Shown piece by piece: positions 27,075-40,300 of a stretch of 64,000 nt of DNA. The translations under genes and the position numbers were made by a program. Position 1 is the stretch's first letter; each line of letters begins with the position of its first letter. Where the stretch lies: contig NC_068989.1 in assembly GCF_001194135.2 (NCBI RefSeq), positions 19,450,468 to 19,514,467 on the forward strand, written 5' to 3'. Source of the DNA: Octopus bimaculoides. Lineage: Eukaryota. The notes under the pieces were generated by a model that was not told the origin of the DNA, ran no database searches, and saw nothing but the letters and a program-made list of their open reading frames with translations.

Positions 27075-27450
27075 AATCTTTCTATTTCTAAGTCTGAAGT
27101 CTAACCTAAATTGCATTGTACATTCTTCTTCAGGGAGGGACTTTACATTCCCAAGCATCTGCCTATCACTGTTTCTGATGAGAATGTAGCCAATCTGGCT
27201 TGTGTGTCCACCGGACTGTTAGGTGACTAAGTGACTTGTTGGTTTCCTAGAGGTTGTGTTGCAGTTCAACAATCATTTGTATGATAGAATTCTAGCAGTC
27301 TTGTTTCCTCCTCATTTCTAGCACCAAAGCTATAACTCCCATGAAATCCATTGGAGCGCTGTCCAACATGTCTGCTGAAGTTATCAGCCCCCAAAATAAG
27401 GTCATTGTTTTTCATCATTGAGGTAAACTGCAAAAGGGACTCACTGAAAC
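27075..27450 (-). mobile_element. RTE AP-endonuclease relic
   Basis: Reverse strand reads DLILGADNFSRHVG...FGARNEEETRLLEF, matching the GDFNGHVG...RNEEG.RLLEF pattern. Confidence 0.7.
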
Positions 27451-27589
27451 TGTATGTAGAGCATATGCAGAGATTATTGCCAATCTGATATTATCCAGAC
27501 TAGTCTTATCTTAACAATCCTATCATACACATTGACTACTTCAGTCAATTATCAACCCATTTCTCAGCCAAAACTATACATACACTACC

Positions 27590-28725
27590 CACCCCATAAG
27601 CTGCACCCAGTGCAAGCTATAGACACATAAGAGGTGCAGCAATATCAGAAGAAGGTTAATTGGGAAAATAGGTTTTACGTGTTGAAGGTGTACAGGTTCA
27701 ATGAATACTAAAAGTGTACCGAAAATAAACTCCATCAAATGCCAGTGGGGTAAGCTAGAGGTAGTTGATAGTTTCCGTTATCTAGATGACCAAGTCAATA
27801 GCAGAGGTGGATGCTCCGAGAGCATAACTGCAAGAATAAGAATAGGCTGGGCAAAGTTCAGAGAGCTCTTACCTCAGAGTGAAAAGCAGACTATGATACC
27901 TGTGTGCAAACAGCTGTGCTACATGGCAGTGAAACATGGGCTGTGGCCACCAAGGACATGCATAAGCTTAAAAGCTGGAAAGAAATGAAGCTAGCATGCT
28001 TTGCTGGATGTGCAATGTCAGTGTGCATGTACAACAGAGAGTAAGCATCTTGAGAGAAAAATTGGGCATAAGAGGCATCAGATGTGGTGTGTAAGAAAGA
28101 CAACTGCATCAGTATGGTCATGTGATGCATATGGATGAGGACAGTTGTGTAAAGAAGTGCCTATTTCTAACTGTGGAGGGAACCTATGGAAGAGGTAGAC
28201 CCAGGAAGACACGGGGCAGGATGGTGAAGTATGACCTTCAAACGTTGGGCCTCATGGAAGCAATGACTAGTGACCGAGACCTTTGGCAATTTGCCATGCT
28301 TGAGAACACCTGTCAAGCTAAGTAAAATCGTAGTTGTGGTCCAATGCCAGTGTCGCATACCTGGCATCTGTGCTCGTGGCACGTAAAAAGTACCTTCTGA
28401 GCTTTGGGCCTAATAGAAGAAACAGCAAATAATCAAGACCTTAGGCAATATGCCCTACTTGAGAAGAAAACCTATCAAGCCAAGTGAAACCATGGTTGTG
28501 ACTGATATTGATGTCATGCAATCAGCACCTATGCCAGTGGCACATAAAAGCACCCATTACAGTCTTGGAGTGGTTGGCGTCAGAAAGGGCATACAGCTTT
28601 AGAAACCATGCCAAATCAGACTGGAATCTGGTGCAGCTCCTCAGATTACCAGTCCTGGTCAAACTGTCCAATCTATGCTAGCATGGGATAACAGACGTTA
28701 AATGATGATGATGATGATGATGATG
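27590..28725 (+). mobile_element. RTE LINE 3' portion with long 3' UTR and (ATG)n tail
   Basis: LEVVDSFRYLDDQV..., GRGRPRKT, 3' UTR motif ggaagggcat.cagct.tagaaac, ends aaatgatgatgatg. Confidence 0.85.
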
Positions 28726-29381
28726 TTTATGTATGTAAATGTGTACACACACACACACACACATGTATGTGTGTATATATATATATAAGGATAATGAGAG
28801 GGAAAAAAATATTAATTGGTTGAAATGGTCCTTTATTTTCATCATTACAATCTAAAATATAATTTCTTCAAGTTATAGTACATTGATTATTCACAGTACT
28901 GATATCCATCCTGTAGGTAGTCTAATTTATATTTTGTTGATTGCTAGAAGACTGGTGGAAAAAGGAGAGACAGAAATAGTAAGAAAGATCTACCTCTCTG
29001 GGCTGACAAGTAGATAGGGTGAAAGTTGTATTGTTGTGACAAACCATAAGTGAAAAATAGATGCTCTTTTGTTAGGTGCCAAGTGACTAAAGAAATAGAA
29101 CTGATTCTGGGTTCTGTATTTATATTTTTTTCTAACTAAATTAGGTCAGGCTAGACAAAGGATTTTCTGTCTCTTATCTACCTGGACCCTATTTAATCTA
29201 AGAATGTTAACTTAAACAATAGAACTGAACTAAATGTGAAAGTTGACTCTCATGAATTTCTAGGTGCAAAATCCGAGAACAACAGGAAACAAACTGGTAA
29301 AAAAAATGTTGAATTGGTTTCATATCTTGGCTTAGAATCTAGGAAGCTATTTGTTACAGACACATGCACATACACACACAG

Positions 29382-29412
<31 letters not shown>

Positions 29413-29600
29413 AATACACAGACTCTATGGTGTGGTTGGTGTTAGGAAGAGCATCCAGCTGTAAAAACCATGCCAAAAGAGACACAGAAGTATTATGTAG
29501 TCTTCTACCTGACCAGTTCGTGTCGAACTGGTCAGCTCATGCTAGCACGGAAGGAGGATGTTAAATGATGATGACAATGAGGATGATGACATGTACTTAT

Positions 29601-29637
<37 letters not shown>

Positions 29638-29730
29638 CACACACATATGTATGCATATAAATATATATGTAAATATATATATATATACATAAACAGCTGG
29701 CATTTACCCTCACTACCACCACTATATACA

Positions 29731-29783
<53 letters not shown>

Positions 29784-29933
29784 ATATTACATATATACAT
29801 ACATACAAACTCACATACATATAATCACTTCATCCCCATACCTTTATGCGTGTGTATATATATATATATAAATAATACAAAATGGGGCAAGAATGCAGTT
29901 AGGTGATACAAGAAAGGGACAACAAAACATCCA

Positions 29934-30865
29934 AATAGACAATACAAAGAAAACAAGGACAGGTCATTCGGAGTTTTCTTTCCTCAGTCGAGATCCAGAT
30001 TATCTTTGCAATTTTGGCTGGTTATTCTCAATATTGCTCCAATCTGGCCAGCCCCAAGGAAAAACTAAGCTAAAAGCATTAGGTTCCTTGGAAGAAAGCA
30101 GCGAATGTATACAAAAACAAGGACGAAAAAAAAAACGAACAGNNNNNNNNNNNNNNNNNNNNNNNNNNNNNNNNNNNNNNNNNNNNNNNNNNNNNNNNNN
30201 NNNNNNNNNNNNNNNNNNNNNNNNNNNNNNNNNNNNNNNNNNNNNNNNNNNNNNNNNNNNNNNNNNNNNNNNNNNNNNNNNNNNNNNNNNNNNNNNNNNN
30301 NNNNNNNNNNNNNNNNNNNNNNNNNNNNNNNNNNNNNNNNNNNNNNNNNNNNNNNNNNNNNNNNNNNNNNNNNNNNNNNNNNNNNNNNNNNNNNNNNNNN
30401 NNNNNNNNNNNNNNNNNNNNNNNNNNNNNNNNNNNNNNNNNNNNNNNNNNNNNNNNNNNNNNNNNNNNNNNNNNNNNNNNNNNNNNNNNNNNNNNNNNNN
30501 NNNNNNNNNNNNNNNNNNNNNNNNNNNNNNNNNNNNNNNNNNNNNNNNNNNNNNNNNNNNNNNNNNNNNNNNNNNNNNNNNNNNNNNNNNNNNNNNNNNN
30601 NNNNNNNNNNNNNNNNNNNNNNNNNNNNNNNNNNNNNNNNNNNNNNNNNNNNNNNNAATAGACAATACAAAGAAAACAAGGACAGGTCATTCGGAGTTTT
30701 CTTTCCTCAGTCGAGATCCAGATTATCTTTGCAATTTTGGCTGGTTATTCTCAATATTGCTCCAATCTGGCCAGCCCCAAGGAAAAACTAAGCTAAAAGC
30801 ATTAGGTTCCTTGGAAGAAAGCAGCGAATGTATACAAAAACAAGGACGAAAAAAAAAACGAACAG
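29934..30865. other. 209-bp exact duplication on both sides of gap 30143-30656 (probable assembly artefact)
   Basis: 29934-30142 equals 30657-30865. Confidence 0.8.
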
Positions 30866-31242
30866 TGTTACACAAATACAATAAAAATAATAACATCATC
30901 ATCATCATCATCATCGTTTAACGTCCGCTTTCCATGCTAGCATGGGTTGGACGATTTGACTGAGGACTGGTGAAACCGGATGGCAACACCAGGCTCCAGT
31001 CTGATTTGGCAGAGTTTCTACAGCTGGATGCCCTTCCTAACGCCAACCACTCAGAGAGTGTAGGACATAACATATATATATATATATATATATTTAATTA
31101 AAGGATATGTTAACCTTGTGAAGGGATAGTTGCACCCAAGGAAATACTGGTTCAATACCTAATATGTTTGGGGAATGAAAATCCCTTAAAAACAATAGGT
31201 ATATATTAAGCATATAGTTTATATATCCATTTAAAAGAAGAA

Positions 31243-31316
<74 letters not shown>

Positions 31317-31320
31317 TAAT

Positions 31321-31670
31321 CATAAAGCACTGCTTGGAACCGCTCTAATACTCCGGAAGGTGCTCGAAAAATAAGAGGTGTTACCTTAGTTCACTGGTAG
31401 TGAACAGCTGACACCGTAGTACATCTCCAGCGTTAGAAGCTGTGTAAAGGCAATAAATTAAAATAATAATAATAATAATAATAATAATAGGAAGTCAAGA
31501 AAGCTCCTAACGATGCATGGATCCCATCATCCATGTGCAGACACTGAACGCCTATACATGAAGAGAGCAAATGGAGGAAGGGGACTGATAAGTGTCGAAG
31601 ACTGCGTGCGTATTGAACTCGAGAGTTTACTGAGATATCTGGCCCAATGTAAGGAAACCTTGTTATATAA
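31321..31670 (+). mobile_element. Two fragments of an R4/Dong-like non-LTR element embedded in an (AAT)n array
   Basis: 31321-31461 encodes KALLGTALILRKVLEK* plus 3' UTR. 31489-31670 encodes RKSRKLLTMHGSHHPCADTERLYMKRANGGRGLISVEDCV. Both start directly after (AAT)n. Confidence 0.7.
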
Positions 31671-32040
31671 GGAAATTAATAATTGTTTATTATTAACAAA
31701 TTAGCCATCTTCACTTCTTACAGCCATTTCAATAAATACTCAATAATTTAATTACAAATTTGTGCATTAAATTTATATTTACATGACAGGAGTTTAATTT
31801 CATCAAAGAAAAAACGAAGCTGTACCTTTGGATGTTAAACGTGGGCCTATCAGAGTCTACTGAAATGAATTGATAGGCCCACATATAACATCCACAGGTA
31901 CATCATTTTCTTTCTCTGATGAAATTATACTCATGTTACATAAATGTAAATTTAATGTACAAATATGTAATTGAATTTTTGAGTATTAATTGAAACGGCT
32001 GTAAGAAGCGAAGACGACCAATTTGCTAATAATAAACATA

Positions 32041-32211
32041 GGCGCAGGAGTGGCTGTGTGGTAAGTAGCTTGCTTACCAACCACACGGTTCTGGGTTCAG
32101 TCCCACTGCGTGGCACTTTGGGCAAGTTTCTTCTACTATAGCCTCAGACCGACCAAAGCCTTGTGAGTGGATTTGGTAGACGGAAACTGAAAGAAGCTCG
32201 TCGTATATATG

Positions 32212-32250
<39 letters not shown>

Positions 32251-32396
32251 GAGTGTGTGTTTGTCCGCCCAGCATCGCTTGACAGCCGATGCTGGTGTAT
32301 TTATGTCCCCGTAACTTAGCGGTTCAACAAAAAGAGACCGATAGAATAAGTACTAGGCTTACAAAGAATAAGTCCTGGGGTCGATTTGCTCTACTA
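32041..32396 (+). mobile_element. tRNA-derived SINE family A, young near full-length copy
   Basis: A box TGGCTGTGTGG, B box GGTTCAGTCCC, central (TA/TG)n, tail ...AAGAATAAGTCCTGGGGTCGATTTG. Further copies or parts at ~4797-5312, 8822-9130, 9320-9520, 18680-19400, 19410-19580, 21150-21370, 24620-25215, 34660-34810, 35590-35900, 45255-45705, 46465-46860, 50310-50425, 50640-50810, 56245-56630, 57320-57485, 59225-59390. Confidence 0.9.
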
Positions 32397-32802
32397 NNNN
32401 NNNNNNNNNNNNNNNNNNNNNNNNNNNNNNNNNNNNNNNNNNNNNNNNNNNNNNNNNNNNNNNNNNNNNNNNNNNNNNNNNNNNNNNNNNNNNNNNNNNN
32501 NNNNNNNNNNNNNNNNNNNNNNNNNNNNNNNNNNNNNNNNNNNNNNNNNNNNNNNNNNNNNNNNNNNNNNNNNNNNNNNNNNNNNNNNNNNNNNNNNNNN
32601 NNNNNNNNNNNNNNNNNNNNNNNNNNNNNNNNNNNNNNNNNNNNNNNNNNNNNNNNNNNNNNNNNNNNNNNNNNNNNNNNNNNNNNNNNNNNNNNNNNNN
32701 NNNNNNNNNNNNNNNNNNNNNNNNNNNNNNNNNNNNNNNNNNNNNNNNNNNNNNNNNNNNNNNNNNNNNNNNNNNNNNNNNNNNNNNNNNNNNNNNNNNN
32801 NN

Positions 32803-32839
32803 TTATGCGTCAAGTGCTTTACCATTAAGCTAAACTGCC
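32803..32839 (-). pseudogene. 5' half of an inverted duplicate of the same tRNA-like gene, cut by the gap
   Basis: Reverse strand GGCAGTTTAGCTTAATGGTAAAGCACTTGACGCATAA. Confidence 0.6.
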
Positions 32840-32941
32840 TGAATGACAAATTCTTCTACAAATTTAGGATATATAAATCTAGCTTTATGAGACGCTATCG
32901 TATGTTATATATCCTAAATTTGCAGAAGAATTTGTTATTCG

Positions 32942-33013
32942 GGCAGTTTAGCTTAATGGTAAAGCACTTGACATGTAATCACAGGGATGTGAGTTTGTGT
33001 CTCATAGCTGGCT
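32942..33013 (+). pseudogene. tRNA-like pseudogene (Thr-type anticodon loop CATGTAA)
   Basis: Cloverleaf: acceptor GGCAGTT/AGCTGGC, D arm GCTT-AATGGTA-AAGC, T stem GTGAG/CTCAT with degenerate loop TTTGTGT, TTTT about 10 nt downstream. Confidence 0.65.
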
Positions 33014-33161
33014 GCTGAGAGAATTTTCCTGCAAAATATGGATAGTTTATGCTGTTAATGCTATATTATTAATATTATCCTGTGTTTGAGAATAGAATTA
33101 TTTCCTTATCTATATCTTTCAATATATATGTATGTATTCATATATATGTAATATATGTGTG

Positions 33162-33203
<42 letters not shown>

Positions 33204-33480
33204 AACACACACACAGTGAGAGACAGAGATGCATACATACAAACATGATGGCTGCAAACTTGTGTTTGAGTATTGCCATCACCTGATCAAAAGTCCCACA
33301 CATGCAAAGGCTACAACTAGCCATTTTTATGATAGGTGTTACCTTTTGTCAAGTGATGTCTGTGCATGATGATTTTTTTTACTGTGGGGAAGGGATTTGC
33401 ACACATCTGCTTGCACTCTCTGAACATGGACAACATAAACTCAAAAAAAAGAACTAGTCTACATCATGAAATATTTTCAG

Positions 33481-34024
33481 TGTCACTGGTTTCTCAGAGT
33501 TTTCCTCATCAAGAGAGATGTTGTGACAATAGAGGGGCCTCTCACTACCAGTGGGCCAACCACATGCCTGGACATCACCCCAGGTATTTCCACATCCCGG
33601 CGTCTACATACATGCATACTTACACATGTACACATATTGTTGGATGGCCATTGACTGCTCCTGAGCTCTTCCGCCCTTTGACATACATACATACATACAT
33701 ACATACATACATACATTCATACATACATAATGTGCGTGTGTTTGTAACTATATTAATGTTTACTTATGTTTATTATTACGTTTATGCCTTGTGATAGATG
33801 TTCTGATTCAAATTTTACGATGGTCTGTCTTCCTGACGCCGAAAAAATAAGTAAATAAAGACTTGTCAGTTGCTGACATACAGCTCTCTCTCACTCTTTT
33901 CATCTGTGACTCCTTGGAAGTTAATTGTGAGAGTGAGTGAGTGTGTATATGGTAATGTTTCTGTGTTTACTTTCTCCTACTTAGGTACCTAGAAAACATG
34001 AAGGAAAGGCATAGTGCCTGCTGA
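33481..34024 (+). CDS. Candidate last two exons (33481-33583 + 33985-34024): ...SLVSQSFPHQERCCDNRGASHYQWANHMPGHHPRYLENMKERHSAC*
   Basis: ttttcag|33481, CAG|GTATTT 33584, pyrimidine-rich acceptor ctttctcctacttag|33985, phase 2 join gives an open frame to TGA 34022. No upstream exons found. Confidence 0.25.
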
Positions 34025-35452
34025 CGTGTGTAAATACATCTATGTATATATACACGTATCAACCACCTCCAACGATACCAAGTCATACTCGATTTTCGTT
34101 TGTTACTGACGGCTGTATACATCGAAATGACGGCATACAAATTAATCGCCCTTTAAAAATTGTTCAGTTGAAAACTGTCAGTATTGCACTAGTTTGCAAT
34201 TCGACGGCAACATTTCTGAAATGAATGTTAACTAAATTTTTGTTTAATATTAAAATGATTTTCTTTTATTTGAAAATGCATAAGGTTTCTTTTTTTTTAA
34301 TTTTTTTATTTTTAAAGTGTTTGTTTTGTTTATTCCTTGAGTATATTACCTTGTGACCAACTATCTATTAGTTATCTAGCACACNNNNNNNNNNNNNNNN
34401 NNNNNNNNNNNNNNNNNNNNNNNNNNNNNNNNNNNNNNNNNNNNNNNNNNNNNNNNNNNNNNNNNNNNNNNNNNNNNNNNNNNNNNNNNNNNNNNNNNNN
34501 NNNNNNNNNNNNNNNNNNNNNNNNNNNNNNNNNNNNNNNNNNNNNNNNNNNNNNNNNNNNNNNNNNNNNNNNNNNNNNNNNNNNNNNNNNNNNNNNNNNN
34601 NNNNNNNNNNNNNNNNNNNNNNNNNNNNNNNNNNNNNNNNNNNNNNNNNNNTGGGGCATCACCGTCAAATGTTTAGTCGAATAAATTGATTCCAGTACTT
34701 TTAATTTTTAAATTCTGGTGTATTGACTGTCGGTGTCTTTTGCCGAACCGCTAATTACAGGGACATTAACAAACCAGCACCAATTGTCAAGTGATGGTGG
34801 GGCTAAGCACAAAGACATGCATACGCACGCACACGAGAGGTACGGTCTGGATAAGGAAGATACGCAGAACCTACTAAGGATAAAAATTATAATTATTTAA
34901 TATAAAACGTTATTTCCATATTTTTATAATAAACATGTTTAAATTTTAATGTATATAATACACTGACGAGCTAATATTTTGATGTTGAACTGGTATAATC
35001 ATCTTAAGATGCGTACTATTTACGAGTCAATGGCAAACAACATTACCGCGAGTTGAACTTCAAAACACATTTAATATCATGTCGTAGAGGCAGAAATAAT
35101 TTGCCTTTCATTTAGACTTATTACAGTAAGGAGTGTGTATGTGTGTTACATCGTTGCATAGGTTCATTGGACTAATGTCTGAGTCACTATACAAATAATA
35201 ACGAACACATATCTGTGAGCGTTTGACATGCATGTATTTTCGAAATGATATTAGCGGAATATGTGAATCAAACGTTGTTTACAACACCCTGTTCTGTTTT
35301 TCATTGTGAGCCTACCGCTTAATGCTTATAGCACACAACCTGCTCGTCACATATGGGCAGTTCGTCGCCATTAATGAACTATTTATGCGCTTTATGAGGC
35401 TATGTTAAAGTATTTTAACTGTAAAAAACATATTTTATTTATGTGTGTGTGT

Positions 35453-35536
<84 letters not shown>

Positions 35537-36164
35537 ATGTGTGTGTGTATATATATACACACATATAAATATCTCTGTGTGTGTATACATATTTCGTTTC
35601 AGTCATTAGACAGCGGCCATGCTGGAACACAGATTTGAAGAAATTTTAGTCGGGTGAATGGACCTCAGTACTTATTCTATCGGCTTCTTGTGTTGAGCTG
35701 CGGTTGAAGGGGGAACAAAGACACGCGCACACACACACACATATACGACGGGTTTCTTTCAGTTTTCGTCTACCAAACCACTTAAGACTGGTCATCCCGG
35801 AACTATACTAGAAGACACCTGCCCAAGGTGTCATGCAGTGGGACTGAACCTCGGAATCATGTGATTGGGAAGCAAACTTCTTCCCGCACAGCCATAGTTT
35901 TATTGGGCTGGTGGGGATGAATAGAAGTCAATGTACAACTGTTTATAATTTTTAAATCAACAGTAATTTATAAAAATGTCTTAAGCGCTCGGAGTTTCAT
36001 GTGCGGCACTCATCAAACACGCACGCACATGCAAATACGTACGCGCGCACGTGTACACACACACACACACACACACTGTAATTACAAGTGTATAAGTCGC
36101 ATCCCTGTATTTCGATAAGTTACATTAAAAAAGCGTGAGTTATCTTGGAGTAAATAGTGTGTAT

Positions 36165-36246
36165 GTATATATATAACATATATATATATGTATGTATATA
36201 AATATATGTGTATATATAAGTATGTATATATATATATATATGTATG

Positions 36247-36287
<41 letters not shown>

Positions 36288-36313
36288 ATATATACCGAGA
36301 GATTTATATACAC

Positions 36314-36352
<39 letters not shown>

Positions 36353-36480
36353 TATACATACACACATATATATATATACACATACATATATATATATACA
36401 CATACATATATACATACATATATATATATATACACATATATATATATATATATATAGATATACATACATATATATATGCA
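36165..36480. repeat. Large compound (TA)/(TACA) microsatellite; similar tracts at ~9520, 11617, 21100, 29595-29870, 35440, 41895, 45460
   Basis: Directly visible. Confidence 0.95.
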
Positions 36481-37197
36481 TAAATGTGTGTGCGTATATG
36501 AGACAACATGCAAGTATATTGAAAATCAAATTCGCGTCTTCGTTTATAGAATAAAGTTTATATTTGTTTACATGTGCACATTTTTACAACCCACCCAACT
36601 TCATTTGTATCATCTGTTGCATGACATACTGTCTCAGTGACGAATCGTACTGTTAAAAAATTTATAAATGCCTATACAGAGAATATTTACACGCCACACA
36701 ATGCAAATACTCAATGTTAAATTGTGAGTACCATAACGCAAGTATCAAACTCACGATAAGGGAAGAACTGTGTCTTTAAGCCACATTTGGTTCACCAACT
36801 CGGTTAATGACTTTCGAAAATACCTGCATGCCAAACATCCTAATCTATCTCTGAGATAAATCGGCCTAGTCTCATGAATATCACCAGTCAGTAAATTATA
36901 TATTGTAATTGTTCGTAAGAAAATCATTTATCAAGATATGTTTAGTTCTGCTCTTAATTTCTTTTTAGATTAAAACTTCTAGAGACTGACAGGAAGGTAG
37001 GAGAGACAGCAAGAGTGTGTAAATGTGACGACAGAATTATCGCCATTTCGATCAACTTAGATCTCATTAGATTTTAGTGCACTTGGACCTGTGTTGTCTA
37101 ATCAACTTGTATACGTCTGTGCTAATACTACATTTACACAAGATGCCATGTAATCTATTGAATATGTATACAATTTAGATGATTCACACGCTTACTG

Positions 37198-37330
37198 AAA
37201 ACGGTGAGCTGACAGAATCGTTACTGCGTAGGACCAAATGTTTAACGGCATTTCTACCGGGTTTTTACGTTCTTAGTTCAAATTCCGCCGAGGTCGACTT
37301 TGTTTTTTCATCCTTCCGGGGTCGATAAAT
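37198..37330 (+). mobile_element. tRNA-derived SINE family C (minus-strand copies ~476-610, 21605-21800, 21830-22036, 24490-24615)
   Basis: GGTGAGCTGACAGAATCGTTA...GTTCAAATTCCGCCGAGGTCGACTTTG...GGGGTCGATAAA. Confidence 0.8.
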
Positions 37331-37339
37331 TTATTATTA

Positions 37340-37387
<48 letters not shown>

Positions 37388-40300
37388 GTCTATATCAAAT
37401 ATTTACAAAATTTCTCAAGTCTCCCAATCGGAAGGGAGTAAGGAACCTAGAATTTGCTTGCAAGACTATAAAAGTTTAAAACAAGGAAAGCAATGTTAAA
37501 ACAGTTCGGAGTAAAATTCTGACAAATCGCGTCGAGAATGCTTAATGCTGTAAACCGTATGGATAAAACGAACCAACGAGGAAGGGGGCCCTCTACGTGG
37601 TTGCTTGATGTGCTAGAAATAGGAGCTAATATTCCTCAAATCACATCTACAGGCTTAAAAAGAGACATGTTGGATGACAGGTTCCTGAATTCCAGGTACA
37701 AAGAAAAAGACAGGATGGCCATAGATGGAATACTTTTGAACAGAGATTTGCGCGATCGGGGTTGATCAAGTGTTAAAAAGAATAACTAGGACTTAAGAAT
37801 GTAAAGCACATAAAGAGAATACAACAGTCTCTATGCTGCATCTCGTCTTGCTAGAAACAGCAACTAATTCTCCCAAACGTCATTAACAGAGGACACATAG
37901 GACAAAGTCTAAATATACAAAAAGACGAGATTTAACAGGTGGAAAGATTTTCATTATTGTTCTGCTCGATCAAGTTGACCTAGGGCTAAACAAGTATAGA
38001 ACCTTTACACTGAATAATTCATAATTATAGATCTATGTTAAGAGACAATAAATATTTAAAAGAGGTTTCATTAATAAATATGATCGGAATAAAAGTATAA
38101 TTGAGGATTACTGCCCTTTATTTTTCGCTTTCTTCAGTATAATAATGCATTGTGCATATTACATTCAGTAGCTGCTGTTTGTAACAAGTTAGTTTTTAAT
38201 TGAGCAGACTTAATGTCAAAGGTATTCGAGTCGTGACACTTTACGTCTTTTTTTTTAAAGACGATATTGTATTTTAAGGGAGATTTCCCTGCTATGTCTA
38301 GCAGGTCGAATGCCTACATAATCTCTCTCACATCTAGTGCTACATCTAAGTATCAAAAAAAAAAAAAATGTCGCTTCTATCACAAATCGAAACTGCCATC
38401 GCACATTTTCGTTTGCTTGAAAATTACGTGTAAAGTGACGACACTCGTAATTCTTGCCTGTTTTCCCCTTTATTTACAAACCACAAAAATTATGTGTATT
38501 TATATTACTGGAACACCGATACGACAGAAACGCACACAAAAAGGGAGAAAATGCTTCATAATATAGAAAATAATTATAAATGGTGTACGTATGTAAGTGG
38601 TATAAAAGATGAGAAGTCGAGCTCAGTCGGCGAAATATGTAGTATTTATGCACCGAAATTATAACGGTAAAAATATTTATTCGTTCAGGCACGAGGCGTA
38701 AAGGTAGCTTCGTTCGAGTACAACAAATAAAGAACAATAAATGGAATTTGTAAAATTCCTACAAAACTTGGGGGTAGTAGAGGTGCGTTCAATAAAACCG
38801 TTTTACTGGCTACTCTACTGCTGTTTCATATAGATTTATACGCGTAGGTTGCTGCTGTTTCAAATGTGTTGTTACGTTTAAGTAGATGCTGCAGCGTTTT
38901 GTTTATTTTTCATTCGGGGCTTACGTTTATACAAGCAGAGATTTTATTAAATAAAAATATTTAGCCATCTAATGGGTGATTATTTATACTTTTGTAAAAG
39001 AATAAAAAAGAAGTAAAATCAAAACTAAAAACTATTAGAACATAAACTTTCGTTTATTTTAGGTACAAATTTCTCATATTCTTTTCTTCTCTCACTCTCT
39101 CGTAATAATAATATTGATTTTCTGCTTAGGCCGCAAAGTTTCAGGGAAACGAAAAGCTATGGTGCTTATAATTATTCACAAGTGCATTAGCGAAGCGAAA
39201 TGAAATGGTCCCGACTGTAATTCGCAGCCATGTTGTAGTTTCATGTCGCCAGTCGATAAGCTCGTTCCAGCGAGAAGGTTATAGCATGGTTCCTGTTTAT
39301 TGTTCGTTTTGAAAGACAACTGGGATCAAAATTCACTTCGTTTTTTGGGAAGAAGGAGAGACGGGGTGACACTAATCATATTGATGAGATTATTTTCTTC
39401 CTTTTTTCTTATATATATAACTTAATTAAAGATAATAATAAAAACTAGGGGTGAGTGGAGTGGTTTTGAAACTGAGTATCAGATGCACGACCTCATCAGT
39501 CAGGAAAGATCTGAAAAGTCTTGACTCTTTTCTATGGCGAAAAAAAAAAAATAATAAAAGCTCATAAAAATCAGAGATCAACAATGTATATAGTAGGGAA
39601 CCAACATTTATAATTTAATTCCTTGAAGCAAATGAATATGTATTAAAATAATAGAGTATGGTTCATTAAATCAATCATATACTCACCAACCTTTATAAAA
39701 CGTCATCGTGCTTATTATTAATATTTAAAAAATTTATTGATGAGTATTCATAAATTTATCGCATTCATAGATTTATTTAAAATGCATTGATTAATTAATT
39801 TAAACTTCACTTATATACTACATAAAATAACTAAATTGCTGTTGATTCATTGAGAAGTTCCAAATTGCAGCAATGCCAAGAAATCTGAATCAAAAATCAA
39901 TAACTTAACAGTATTCTATCAAAATATTAAGTTAGCATAAAGATAGGTATCGAGCTTGGTTTTGTTTTAGAACAAAAATCATCAAATTGGTAATTATAAA
40001 TAAATGAAACGTGTGCAGTAAATCAATTACTGACATGTGTTTCAAGATATTGGTATAATGCATTTGTCTTATGCCGCTATACTAAGAAATTATTAAAAAA
40101 AAAAAAAACCAATAAACCAGATTTAGCATTTATTAGAGAAATGGAAAACGGAAAAAATATAAATTCGAACATGAGAAAAACAAGAAAGGTGAATAAATAT
40201 AATATAAACGTGATATTTATGGCGTAGTTAATCATCAGTGCTGAGCATTCAAAGAGTTATGTGCCCTTGTCTGAAATTAGTTCCGCCATCCTGTCTTTCT

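Noticed and set aside
27134-27222. Apparent + strand exon with good splice sites (EGLYIPKHLPITVSDENVANLACVSTGLL)
   Set aside because: It is the antisense of an RTE endonuclease relic on the minus strand.
29893-30921. Long ORFs containing X runs (also 13001-13721, 32289-33018, 34337-34684)
   Set aside because: Open only because N gaps contain no stop codons.
36120-36554. 100-130 aa Ile/Tyr-rich ORFs (also 29597-29871, 35402-35638, 31094-31330)
   Set aside because: Translations of (TA)n/(AAT)n microsatellites.
37538-37765. 75-aa ORF with plausible amino-acid composition
   Set aside because: Overlaps the dispersed GCTAGAAATA repeat and has no convincing splice context or recognisable domain.
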